From Dehalococcoidia bacterium (GTDB lineage: Bacteria; Chloroflexota; Dehalococcoidia; SHYB01): 64,000 bases of DNA. The notes under the pieces were generated by a model. It did not search any database, was not told the DNA's origin, and was given only the letters and a program-made list of their open reading frames with translations. The translations under genes and the position numbers were made by a program. Positions 33,035 to 42,498 of this stretch are shown here, piece by piece (position 1 is the stretch's first letter; each line of letters begins with the position of its first letter). The DNA lies in the NCBI GenBank assembly GCA_965261455.1, contig OZ253453.1, positions 579,444 through 643,443 of the forward strand. The letters run 5' to 3'.

Positions 33035-33503
33035 ATTGGCGGTGAACTTCAGGGACACCACACTAGCAGCCTGTTGGAAAAGGGGAGGCCAGAGCGGCGG
33101 AGCCCCGGTCGGGCGCGCACCGACCCAATGCCAGGAGCGAAAGAGAATCGCCAGCGCGGTCGCGCTTTCTCCTGAGTTTCTTGAGACGGTTTATCCAGCC
33201 AGGCATGAGTTTAAATAAGGTGCGGGCGGGCGGGGCCAATGGCCCAACGCTTCGCAATACACCAGACAATATCGAGAATAGCCACGACGCTCGACAGGGC
33301 ACACGTTGTCTGCACCACAAACGGGTTGAGCGTGCACGCATCGAACCTGCGTGCACAGGCGTGCCTGGGCGGGCCTGTGCCTCCGGCAAGGCTGGTTGGG
33401 CGGTCAACGCGGGGCAGGCCCGAACAACGATCGAGAAATAGGACTTGGGAGCGCACGAGGGCGCCGAGGCAACGTTGGGGATGCCAGCAAACGCGGCAGT
33501 CGG

Positions 33504-34301
33504 TCAGCTGAAGACGGCGTGGCTGGCGCCACCGCTGGCGGCGATAGCCTCGCCGGTGATGCACGCAGCCTTGGGCGACGCGAGGAACGCGACCAGGTAG
33601 GCAACCTCGCGGGACTCGACGATGCGGCGGATCGCGGCGCCGCCCGCCATCCGCGCCTCCATCTCCTCGGCCGTGATCCCATGCCGCCGGCCGCGGTCGG
33701 CTAGCATCTGGTCGAGCCACGGGGTCCGGGTAGACCCAGGATGCACCACGTTGACGGTAATGCCCGACGGCCCGAGCTCATCGGACAGCGTCTTGCTGAG
33801 ATGGACGATGGCGATGTTGCGTATGCCGGTGCCGTAGCTGCCCGAACTGCGCGCCGACTGGCCGGCGACGTTGATGATGCGCCCCCATCCCTGGCGCGCC
33901 ATGTGCGGCGCAACAGCGCGGGCGCAGCGCAGGCAGCCCATGAACTTCGTGTTCAGGTCCTCGTGCATCGCCTCGTCTGTCACGGTTCCCAGCGGGCCGG
34001 TGGCAACCCCCCCCGGCCTGCCGGCGTTGTTCACCAGGATGTCGAGCCGGCCCAGGCCCTCGATGGTGATGTCAACCATGCGCTGGACCGCCTGAGCGTC
34101 GGCGACGTCGGCGACGACGGGCAGGACGCGGCAGCCCGTCTCCTGGGCCAGCTCCCGGGCGGCGGCCTCCAGCTCCTGGCGGGTGCGGGCGCAGACCGCC
34201 ACGTCGGCGCCCTCCATGGCCAGCTCGCGGGCGATAGCCTTGCCGATCCCCTGGCTCCCTCCCGTGACCAGCGCGACTTTGCCTTTGAGCTCCAGGTCCA
34301 T
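33504..34301 (-). CDS. SDR family oxidoreductase
   Basis: MDLELKGKVALVTGGSQGIG, NNAG, VHPG; ATG 34301. Confidence 0.9.
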   Translation of the reverse strand: MDLELKGKVALVTGGSQGIGKAIARELAMEGADVAVCARTRQELEAAARELAQETGCRVLPVVADVADAQAVQRMVDITIEGLGRLDILVNNAGRPGGVATGPLGTVTDEAMHEDLNTKFMGCLRCARAVAPHMARQGWGRIINVAGQSARSSGSYGTGIRNIAIVHLSKTLSDELGPSGITVNVVHPGSTRTPWLDQMLADRGRRHGITAEEMEARMAGGAAIRRIVESREVAYLVAFLASPKAACITGEAIAASGGASHAVFS

Positions 34302-34409
34302 GGCTGCCTCCCGGCCCGGGTGTTGTGAGGAACCGCTCCCGTGCGCCGCTTCAGTGTGGCGGCAGCCGCGGCCCGCGGTCAAGGGAAGGGGCAGGGAATC
34401 GTTCGATGC

Positions 34410-34478
34410 GCCAAGGAGGACAGCCTCGGGAACTGGCGGCCTGTGACCAAGGGCGCTGTGTGGCCGGATACGGTTGGC
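34410..34478 (-). mobile_element. IS3-family transposase C-terminal remnant
   Basis: NRIRPHSALGHRPPVPEA matches the IS3 integrase-core end motif; nothing else of the element was recognised. Confidence 0.55.
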
Positions 34479-34479
34479 A

Positions 34480-35102
34480 TGCCCAAACCTGAGCCAGACC
34501 GCGCACGTCGTTCTGGGCTGTCGGCGGTGTGCATTCCAGCGTATACATGATGTCGTCGATACCGATGCCAGCGGTGGCGCAGATCTCCGCCACGTTCCTG
34601 TAGGCGTGCCGGGCCTGCTCCACCAGGTCGTACTTGTGCACGACACTTGCCCCCGTCCGATGATCGATGGATGCCTGCCCGGAGATGTAGACCAGGTTGC
34701 CTTTTCTCAGCGCCGGCACTACGGTCGTGTCTCGGAAGGCCTCCTCCCATCCTGGAGGGATGATCGGCTCTCGGGGCGTATCCGTCACCGCGGTGGCCTC
34801 GACCTCCAGGTGCCCGTGGGGGGGGGGAGAGCATCCCGTGGAAGATGACGCCACTGGAAGCGGGATATGTGCCCTTGAAACGCCGCTCTCGCTCTTTTCG
34901 AGTATCCGCGTAGTGCACCCTCGCCTGGGGGTCGATGTAATTCATAGTGTGGATGACGTCCTGGAACGAGGCCCCGGCGGCGCTCAGTACCTTGTCCATC
35001 CGCTCATAGCAACGTGCTGCTTGCCCCACCGTATCGTCGGGCTCCGGCTCGATGAGCCCTGTGAGCCACAGCTTGTTCTCCACCCTCACCGCAGGCACGT
35101 AT
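34480..35102 (-). pseudogene. Multi-domain RidA/YjgF protein, internal fragment
   Basis: Two YjgF units (NKLWLTG...EVEATAV; GNLVYISGQ...DIMYT), frameshift in the G run near 34820, truncated at both ends. Confidence 0.75.
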
Positions 35103-35377
35103 GTGAGCTATTTGAACCGCTCGAACTCGGGTCCCGGTACCGTGAGCTGTTCGGGGCCAATGCGGTGAGACTGCTGGATGCCTCATATGAGGTGTTCGAA
35201 GATGCAGCCCGCCTGCGGGCCGAAACGGGCTTGGCGACACCGGACGCACTCCACGCCGCGACAGCTCTGCGCGCTGGCTGCGCTCTCTTCGTCACCAACG
35301 ACACTGACTTTCGCCGTGTCGAGGGCTTGCCCATCGTCGTCTTGGATGATCTCCCCCCGGAAGAGAGTCAAGTATGA
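35103..35377 (+). pseudogene. PIN-domain (VapC-like) toxin, C-terminal fragment
   Basis: AARLRAETGLATPDALHAATALRAGCALFVTNDTDF; N-terminus absent. Confidence 0.8.
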
Positions 35378-35422
35378 ATCTGAGGTGGATCCAAGTTAAG
35401 TAACTCGCACGGAGGAAGGTAA

Positions 35423-37176
35423 TTGCACCAACAAGGTGGCACGATAAAAGAGACACTGGACAGCATCGCATCGCGTGGATATGTTCTGCCGGCAATTCAA
35501 AGGGAGTTTGTATGGCGGCCCGAACAAGTGTGCAATCTATTCGACAGCCTGATGCAAGGCTACCCGTTCGGCGAGTTCATGTTCTGGAGGGTTGAGGCGC
35601 AGAATGCGGGTCAATACCGTTGGTACGACTTCGTTAGGGAATACCATCAGCGTGACAACCCGCATTGCCCGGAACTCGGACCCATTCACGACAAACTCTG
35701 ACCGCCGTGCTTGATGGCCAGCAACGCTTGACTGCGTTCAATATAGGCCTCCGGGGCTCTATGGCTAAGAAATTGCCGTACAAGTGGTGGAACAGCTCCG
35801 ACGCCTTTCCCAAGAGGGTGCTGGCACTTGATTTGTTGGCACCCCCGGACCCCGATGAAGAAGGCAGCCGCTATACCTTCGAGTTCGTCAATGAGGACCG
35901 CATCGGTTCGGAGGACGCTCGGTTGTGGTTCAGGGTGTCAGACATCATGAGCTACTCGACGACGAACCCTGCCCCAGATATGCTAGATTGGATATCTGAC
36001 CTAGGTCTCGATACGGAGCGACAGCGCATGGCCTTTCGTACGCTAAACCGACTCCACCAAGCCATCTGTGTCGAGCCCGTCGTTGCCTACTACGAGGAGA
36101 AGAGCCAAGACATTGAGCGAGTGCTCAATATCTTCATACGGTGCAACAGTGGTGGGACACCCCTTTCCTACTCCAATCTTCTCTTGAGCATCGCGGTGTC
36201 GCAGTGGAATACCCTTGACGCCAGGAAAGAAGTCCATGGACTAGTGGATGAAATGAACAGGGTCAGGGCTGGGCTGCTGTTCAATGCGGACTTTGTCCTA
36301 AAGGCAGGTCTCATGCTGACCGACATTGCCAGTGTGGGATTTCGGGTTGAGAACTTCACCCGTGAAAACATGGTCATCTTGGAAGAGAATTGGCCGAATA
36401 TCCGTCAGACATTGCTGGAGACGGTGGAGCTCACTGACAGTTTCGGTTTTGACAGCAGGACTATCCAAGCCACCAACTCGCTTCTGCCCATCGCCTATTA
36501 CCTTTACAAGAAAGGGGCGCCACGGAACTTTGAAACCAGCGACCATTACCTAGATGACCGTAAGATAATTCGGGGTTGGTTGACCCGGTCCATTCTGAAG
36601 GAATCAGGGATTTGGGGCAGTGGGCTGGATACCTTGCTGACAGCATTGCGGGAGGTAATCCGCAATTCGGGAGGATCGGAGTTTCCTGCTGCCGAACTTC
36701 GCCGGGTGATGGCCCAGAGGGGTAAGACGCTGGACTTTGGCGAGGAAGAAATAGAAGACTTGGCCGACATGCGGCTGGGGGACCGTCGTATTTTTGCATT
36801 GCTAACCATGTTGTTTCCTCATTTGGAGTCCAGAGACGGATCTGACATCGACCACGTATTCCCAAAGAGTAGATTTACTCCCAATCGGCTGAAGGCTGCG
36901 TGTGTTGCAGATGAACAGATTGAAGCATTCCGGGATTGCTACGACCGCCTTGCGAATCTCCAGCTACTCGACCGATCAATCAACCAAGAGAAACGGGCTA
37001 CGTTACCAGCCGACTGGTCGGACGTCCATTGCCTGGATGACCAAGCCCGGCAGAATTACTGTGACCGTCATTTGCTTGGCGATGTTCCCAGAGAGATCAC
37101 GGAGTTTACCGACTTTTATTCGATCCGCCGTCAGAAACTCCGAGAACGTATTGCGGTACTAGTGAACTCTGTGTAA
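35423..37176 (+). pseudogene. GmrSD-family (DUF262 + DUF1524/HNH) modification-dependent restriction endonuclease, -1 frameshift
   Basis: LPAIQREFVW, FDSL..GYP, LDGQQRLT, F.R.NSGGT.L, DHVFP, NLQLL..N..K. One A missing near 35697. Confidence 0.85.
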
Positions 37177-37270
37177 TTGTGTATTTCACGGGAAGACGGT
37201 GGACTCCTCGGGCGCACTTGCTAATTCCAGAGTTCTTAAACCCTGTGGAGGCGACAACACGAGAGCCACA

Positions 37271-37636
37271 ATGCTGACGTTGACTGAACTCATTGCACGC
37301 GCACCGTGGAGGGAGGCGGTAACCTATCGTGATACCTGGCCCCACGAGTACGTGCTGTCTGAGAAGGACGCTCAGCAGGAGTTGCTGGAGGCGATCTGCG
37401 AGCGGTTCCGCGCTGGGGAGGGAGTGTCTTGCCGCTTCTTCCGCATGAATAACACCTATCTGTTCATAGGGGACTACAAATACTGACTGATGACCCACTG
37501 GGGCGACTTAGAGCCAGGGGAAGATTACGTGTTGAATCGCGCACGGCTCTACCGAGACCGCCGGGACTTCGTGATCCAGCCCGGGGACTCAGGCAAGCCG
37601 GAGGATTATCCGGTGAACCCCGCCTGTCGAAGTTGA
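37271..37636 (+). pseudogene. Hypothetical protein with in-frame TGA (probable Trp to stop)
   Basis: Protein-like reading continues 49 codons past TGA 37484-37486 (YKY*LMTHW...VLNRARLYRDRRDF). Confidence 0.55.
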
Positions 37637-37716
37637 ATCATCCGGTGAGGTCTCTATGGCTGACGATTCCTCGCGGCCGTTTGCCGACCTGTGGCTCAGA
37701 AGAAAGGAGTAGGACC

Positions 37717-38037
37717 GTGACCCAAGGGGAACGAATAGAGGACTCTTACACGGAGCTCTTCCCGAAGGACTTCGGCGAGCGACTGGAGCGGCTTCGTTCT
37801 CGCAGGCGGGCGATGAATCGGATCGTCGAGTTGGTGCGCGAGCTGGCTCCCATTCGCCAGCTGCACGTGAGCTACAGCACCGGACGAGATGACGCCACAG
37901 CCATCCGCGACGAGCTGGCCGACCTCGTGGAGCCTGAGCACCTCGTCGAGTCCCGGTTCGGCCTGGTCCTGGGCACTCATCTCGGTCCCAACACCATCAG
38001 AGTAGGGGTCACCCAGCGGAGTGGCGGGGACGAATAG
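37717..38037 (+). pseudogene. Chimera: XRE-HTH N-terminus fused to DegV-family C-terminus
   Basis: LFPKDFGERLER resembles 39681-39947; after about 37791 it reads RSRRRAMNRIVELV...GLVLGTHLGPNTI, a DegV-type end. Confidence 0.6.
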
Positions 38038-38203
38038 TCACGCGTTGTACGTCGTCACAGAGCCAGGCGACGGCTGGAGTATGTTGATGGGACAGGTGAG
38101 CAGGACGAGCCGTGCGTGCGGAAGCATCGGTTCAGGCTCGTCACGTTGATTGGCTTAGCCTCATGGAGAATGTGCACAGGAAACCAGGAATACGGAGGAA
38201 GGA

Positions 38204-38389
38204 ATGGTAGAACTTACGGCGTACTCGGTAAAGTTGAGGAAGGTTGTGGTCATCAAGGACCCGAAGCTGGTCACCCTGAAGAACGGACGGATGGCTGTCC
38301 GTGGGGTGGGGGCTGAAGACCCATCCAGCAAGGTCATGAGAATTGTAAGCGACAAGCAAGCGGAAGAGGTTCGAGAGAAGCTCGGCTGA
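38204..38389 (+). CDS. Small basic DUF5679-like protein lacking the Cys pairs
   Basis: Strong SD (GGAGGAAGGA). AYSVKLRK..IKDPKLVTLKNGRMAVRG..KVMRI follows the DUF5679 pattern AYCxKC..KDP..VTxKNGR..G.C..C. Confidence 0.65.
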   Translation: MVELTAYSVKLRKVVVIKDPKLVTLKNGRMAVRGVGAEDPSSKVMRIVSDKQAEEVREKLG

Positions 38390-38429
38390 TCGGCGCAGAC
38401 TCCGACTATCAGGCGCAAGGCTGGCCCCA

Positions 38430-38660
38430 ATGCATGAAAGAAGAACCATCCGGCGGATTCGAGATGCTGTACGCCACGGGGAGCTTGAAGAGCCGTTCAG
38501 CCCACAACGCGTGAATGCCGTACTCGGGATTAGCTGGGGAGGGGTCTTCCTCCCTAAGCATCGAGTCGACAACCCAGATGGCAATACGGAACTCTTTGTG
38601 CGAGTCAGCAGTCATCCAGCGCTGTATCGCCTCGCCCCTAGCCCGAGGCCGAGAAGGTGA
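38430..38660 (+). CDS. Small hypothetical protein
   Basis: Compact ORF directly after the DUF5679-like gene; FLPKHRVDNPDGNTELFVRV looks protein-like; no family recognised. Confidence 0.5.
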   Translation: MHERRTIRRIRDAVRHGELEEPFSPQRVNAVLGISWGGVFLPKHRVDNPDGNTELFVRVSSHPALYRLAPSPRPRR

Positions 38661-38851
38661 CGGTGCGCACTTTCGATAGCCCTGTGTCTCGTCTTCGCAT
38701 TAGCGCGGGGCGATAATGTCGGCTGGGTCAGGGGGATGTGGAGAAGTTGGAGACCGTGGGACGAGCCTCCAACCGTGAGAGGCCGGAGGCTCGTGAAGGG
38801 CTTACGAACGGTCGTCGACCGGTTCCCTATAGCCGGACCTCCCAGCGAAAA

Positions 38852-38901
38852 GTTCGCAATTCAGTCTTATCAGGCCCACCAAACTGGACAAAATCAAGAA
38901 C
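38852..38901. mobile_element. Putative large-serine-recombinase att junction 1 (P x P'-like), overlapping a recombinase C-terminal remnant on the minus strand
   Basis: Dyad about 38876/38877: GTC/GAC at -/+11-13 and GTTC/GAAC at -/+22-25. Core TCAGGCCCACCA. Minus strand reads VLDFVQFGGPDKTELRTFRWEVRL then stop. Confidence 0.65.
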
Positions 38902-39009
38902 CTTCACGTTAGGGTTCACACTGGCGCTGTGATTAACCATCGGCCCCGTCCCCCTACTATACCTGCCAGAGACTAGCAGGGCAGCCTTCCGGCAAAAGAC
39001 CGAGATCCC

Positions 39010-39037
39010 AAGGCCCTGCGGACCGCAGGGCCTTTTT
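39010..39037 (+). terminator. Intrinsic terminator
   Basis: AAGGCCCTGCG-GAC-CGCAGGGCCTT stem followed by a T run. Confidence 0.8.
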
Positions 39038-39370
39038 CCCTTGAGGAAGCCAGGTGTGTTGGCACGGGGCGCAAGAACGCAGCTGATTCCAGCAGCAAAA
39101 CGCGAAAAGGACAAGGAGTTATCTGTCTTTCAATAGACACAAACAACTCCGGTACTCGTGGGTAGTCGATTTGGATGCAACTGGGGTGGAATAGGTGACA
39201 ACTGCCTCGGAGACTACAGACCTCCCATCCTTGGTGGATTAAAGAAAAGGCCTGCTGACTGGCCCTCACCGCGAAAGCTGGTCCAGCTGGAGTGTTGGTA
39301 TTGTGGGATTATCGCAGTCCCATTATTGCTGACAATCTACACACAAGACTCAAATGCACCGTTTTTCAGC

Positions 39371-39538
39371 AGGCTTTTTGACGCAACGTGTTCGCAAACT
39401 AACGGGAGCGCTGCTGCGTGCATTTGGTGATTTGTATGCGCCTTCTTTTGTGGGTGTCCCTACAGCCATTTAGCGTGTGCTTTTGATGAGGGCGCTTAGC
39501 ATGTTCAATGTAGGTACTAATGCCTACACGTGATTGGG
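39371..39538. promoter_or_regulatory. Conserved non-coding cassette copy A (palindrome TGTAGG-N8-CCTACA at 39509-39528)
   Basis: Aligns along its length with 42218-42385 and 46434-46600. Confidence 0.8.
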
Positions 39539-39680
39539 ACCCGGTCGGAGCAAGACGAGGCCGCGAAGTGCGGGGGAGGTCGTCGCTGCAAGCGCGGTGG
39601 CCTCCCCGCGCGCAACCATGTATGCGGCCCTTTTGCGTTTCAGGGCCTGGGGCTGCGGCCCCTCACCGGCGCGCCGTTCC

Positions 39681-39947
39681 CTATTCGGTAAATATGGAGC
39701 CGAGGCCAAAGTCGTCGGCCAGGTCCAGAAGCGCTTTCAGGTGATGTTGGTTGGGCCGCACCTCGGCCTTGCACCAACGCCAAACGGTGTGACGATAGGT
39801 CTCCAAACGGCGGGCGATCTCCGACCACGACAGCCCCGACTCCTCCTGGAACCGCCTCAGCCGCTTCGGGAAGTCGGCGGGAACGACGCAGATTCTTCTG
39901 TTGTAGCGATTGCGCTGTCGAGGCGTGGCATAAGCGCTCCAGAGCAC
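39681..39947 (-). CDS. XRE-family helix-turn-helix protein (start region possibly damaged)
   Basis: DFPKRLRRFQEESGLSWSEIARRLETYRHTVWRW..VRP. The expected M-PRQR start is ACG or shifted by a 5-bp ATGCC/ACGCC duplication. Confidence 0.75.
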   Translation of the reverse strand: MLWSAYATPRQRNRYNRRICVVPADFPKRLRRFQEESGLSWSEIARRLETYRHTVWRWCKAEVRPNQHHLKALLDLADDFGLGSIFTE

Positions 39948-40079
39948 AGCCGTCGGTCCTTCTCCTATGGGAGGGCAGGGCTCCCATTCCTGTATGGCTC
40001 ATGCCGCGGGAGATCCGGGTCCCGGTCGGAGCGCCTGCCTCGCCCGTTCATACTTGGCCTGCTTCTTCCCGTTTGCCCT

Positions 40080-42041
40080 CTACTGGCCCGGCCCGCTGAC
40101 GGTGCGCTCCAGGCGGTTGGACAACTTCTCATCGCCGTCGGCGCAGATGGCCCCCTGCGCGTCGCAGTCCGTGGTGGCGGGCAGAGTGATCGTCACGTGC
40201 CCGTTGGAGTCCGGGCTAACGACGATCTCCCATCGGAGGTTCTTGCCGCTGACCAGCCGCCGCGCGCCGGTTACCGAGCCTCCGGTCACCGTGAAGGCGT
40301 GGTCGCGCATCGTGGTGTAGCTGAAGCCCGATTTGGGCGCCTCGCTAAAGGCGATCCTGATGCGGAACGAGGCGCTGCCGTTGTGGGACGTCGGGACGCT
40401 CTCGAAACTTGCCGTCAGCGGAGGCCCCTTGACGGTGAATTTCAGCGGGCTGGACAGCACCCTGCCGTCCTCGGCGCAGATGGCCCCCTGCGCGTCGCAG
40501 TCCGTGGTGGCGGGCAGCTCGACGGTGACGTCCGCGTTCGAGTCCGGGGTGACGCTGATCTCCCACTTGATGTTGCGGGTGTCGCTGTCCCCGTCCAGCC
40601 GCCGGGCCCCGGCCACCGTGCCGCCCGTCACCGTGAACGCATGGTCCCGCAGCGTCTTGTAGCTGAAGTCTTCCTTGGGGTCCTCGCTGAACCGCAGTTC
40701 GAATTTCAACGCGGCCTGCCCGTTGTGCGAGCCCGGCGCGTCGTGGGTGGCGGCCGTCAGTGGGGTGGGCGCTGAAGCCACCGCTACGGTAGCAGCGCTA
40801 GTCAGCGTCTCCTGGTGACCGCTGTCGTCAGTGAAGGTGACCCGCACCTTGATGGTCTTTCCCTCGTCTCCGGCAACCAGGGCGTAGGTCGAGCCGGTCG
40901 CGTCAGTGATGTCCGCGTCGTCGGCCAGCCACTGGTATGTAAAGGTGGCGTTGTTCAGGCCGTCGGAGTCGGATAAGTCCGTGGTACCCGCCGTGAGCGT
41001 CTCACCCACCCGGATCGTGCCTGTGATGGTGGGCTCGCCGGTGGCGGTGGTGTTGGACGCAATCACTTCTGCATCGGGGATAATCAAGGGTGGGGCGGAC
41101 AGCCTTGCGTCGCTGGTCAGCGACTCGGCGTTGCCCGCGTCGTCGGTGAAGGTGACCCGCACCTTGATGGCCTTGCCCTCGTCGGCGTCGGTCACGGTGT
41201 ATGTGGAGCTTGTCGCTCCCTCGATGTCCGCGTCGGTGCTTGTCGCCGGATCCTGGCGGACCCACCGGTAGGCGAAGACCGCGTTCGTCAGGCCGTCCTC
41301 GTCCTCGATCCTGTCCGTGGTCGCGGTCAGCGTCTCGCCGGCCAGCACCGTCCCGGTGATGCCGGGCCAGCCCGTCGCCGGGCTGTTCGCGGCCTGATTC
41401 TGTGAGCTTGTTTGCGCGCTGGCATAGACGGCCATCATCATGCGCCGGCATCCCATGGGCGCCACCTTCCAACTGGACCCCAGACCGAAGAAAAGATTTT
41501 CGCCCAGCGACCAGCCAACCTCTCCGGTGGTCACACCCTCAGGGGTCAAAAGCCGATCGCATATCGAGGTGTCGATACGGATGTTGTCGGACCCCCATGG
41601 TCTGTGGAGCACCAACCAATAGGTCGTATCGGCGGCAAGCACATAACCGGTCGTCGTGAGGTCCTCGTGTGTGGTTATGAGCGAGTCGATGGTGGGGTTC
41701 GTCAAGGCCTGCAGACTCCGTCCGGGTTCTCCCGAGTTGTCGGCGCGTATGGTGACAGCGGGCGCTGATCCGAGTCCGCGCAGATACAGCCGGACTTTTT
41801 CAAGCGTAACGGCAGTGCTGCCGGTATGGAATGAATGTGCGTAGGCCTGACCCATGCCCACTATAATTCGACTGTGTTGGCGGACCTCCGGCGCTTCTCC
41901 CAGATTGCTAACCATGACGGTCGCAGTTGACTGCGCCGTCGCCGGGGCGATATTGGACACCACGAGCATGACCGCCATGGCGACGGCCGATAGCCAGACC
42001 ATGCATACCCGAACCCGGGTTACGTTGCTTGCCATATTCAT
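40080..42041 (-). CDS. Secreted modular adhesin-like protein 1 (choice-of-anchor-R-like N-domain, 2 SwmA-like/Ig repeats, 2 conserved C-terminal domains)
   Basis: Signal peptide (..APATA-Q); VSNLG..HSFHTG..DTTYWLV domain; TG.P.I.G...VG.TLTA..D.DGL..YQW repeats; twin P.SH.G..F.LRFSE..DHAFTVTGG..C...AIC domains. Confidence 0.85.
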   Translation of the reverse strand: MNMASNVTRVRVCMVWLSAVAMAVMLVVSNIAPATAQSTATVMVSNLGEAPEVRQHSRIIVGMGQAYAHSFHTGSTAVTLEKVRLYLRGLGSAPAVTIRADNSGEPGRSLQALTNPTIDSLITTHEDLTTTGYVLAADTTYWLVLHRPWGSDNIRIDTSICDRLLTPEGVTTGEVGWSLGENLFFGLGSSWKVAPMGCRRMMMAVYASAQTSSQNQAANSPATGWPGITGTVLAGETLTATTDRIEDEDGLTNAVFAYRWVRQDPATSTDADIEGATSSTYTVTDADEGKAIKVRVTFTDDAGNAESLTSDARLSAPPLIIPDAEVIASNTTATGEPTITGTIRVGETLTAGTTDLSDSDGLNNATFTYQWLADDADITDATGSTYALVAGDEGKTIKVRVTFTDDSGHQETLTSAATVAVASAPTPLTAATHDAPGSHNGQAALKFELRFSEDPKEDFSYKTLRDHAFTVTGGTVAGARRLDGDSDTRNIKWEISVTPDSNADVTVELPATTDCDAQGAICAEDGRVLSSPLKFTVKGPPLTASFESVPTSHNGSASFRIRIAFSEAPKSGFSYTTMRDHAFTVTGGSVTGARRLVSGKNLRWEIVVSPDSNGHVTITLPATTDCDAQGAICADGDEKLSNRLERTVSGPGQ

Positions 42042-42217
42042 CGGGTGAGTCCTTTTCTGTGGACTTGACTTGATCCCACACTGCAGCCCTGGAGGCGGTT
42101 TGATAGAGCTCTATACCGGATCCGCGGCGGCAGCTGTTTGTTGGGATTCGGCCCTATATACAAGTCTATGGGCGTCGACAGAGACTGCACAAGGTTCATT
42201 TGCACTATTTAGCAAGG

Positions 42218-42430
42218 GGCTTTTGGACGCAACATTTTAGCAAACTAGAGGGAGCGCTGCTGCGTGCATTCGGTGATTTGTATGCACCCTATTTTGGGGG
42301 TGTCTATATAGCTATTTAGCGTGTGCTTTTGATTAGGGCGCTTGGTATGTTCGATGTAGGTACTAACGCCTACAGATGATTGGGTACATTGCAGTCTCGA
42401 CAACGCCGCACAGTCGCGGTACGTTTGGGA
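42218..42430. promoter_or_regulatory. Conserved non-coding cassette copy B (palindrome at 42355-42374), upstream of adhesin 1
   Basis: GGGAGCGCTGCTGCGTGCATT is identical to copy A; TGTAGGTACTAACGCCTACA. Confidence 0.8.
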
Positions 42431-42498
42431 CGCCGGATGCAACGGCATGGGCGCGCCTGCCTCGCCTGTTCATACTTCCCTGCCTTTCTCGTCGCCCA

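Noticed and set aside
33060-33500. ORFs in the 33.1-33.5 kb gap and 1.6-2.0 kb gap
   Set aside because: No recognisable motifs, RBS or codon bias; left unannotated.
2700-35700. Programmed ribosomal frameshifting as the explanation for split ORFs
   Set aside because: Shifts go in both directions, lack consistent slippery sites with stimulators, and co-occur with deletions and nonsense codons.
37484-37486. In-frame TGA as a second selenocysteine
   Set aside because: The context (YKY*LM) fits TGG-to-TGA, with no Cys-type motif and no SECIS-like hairpin at the expected distance.
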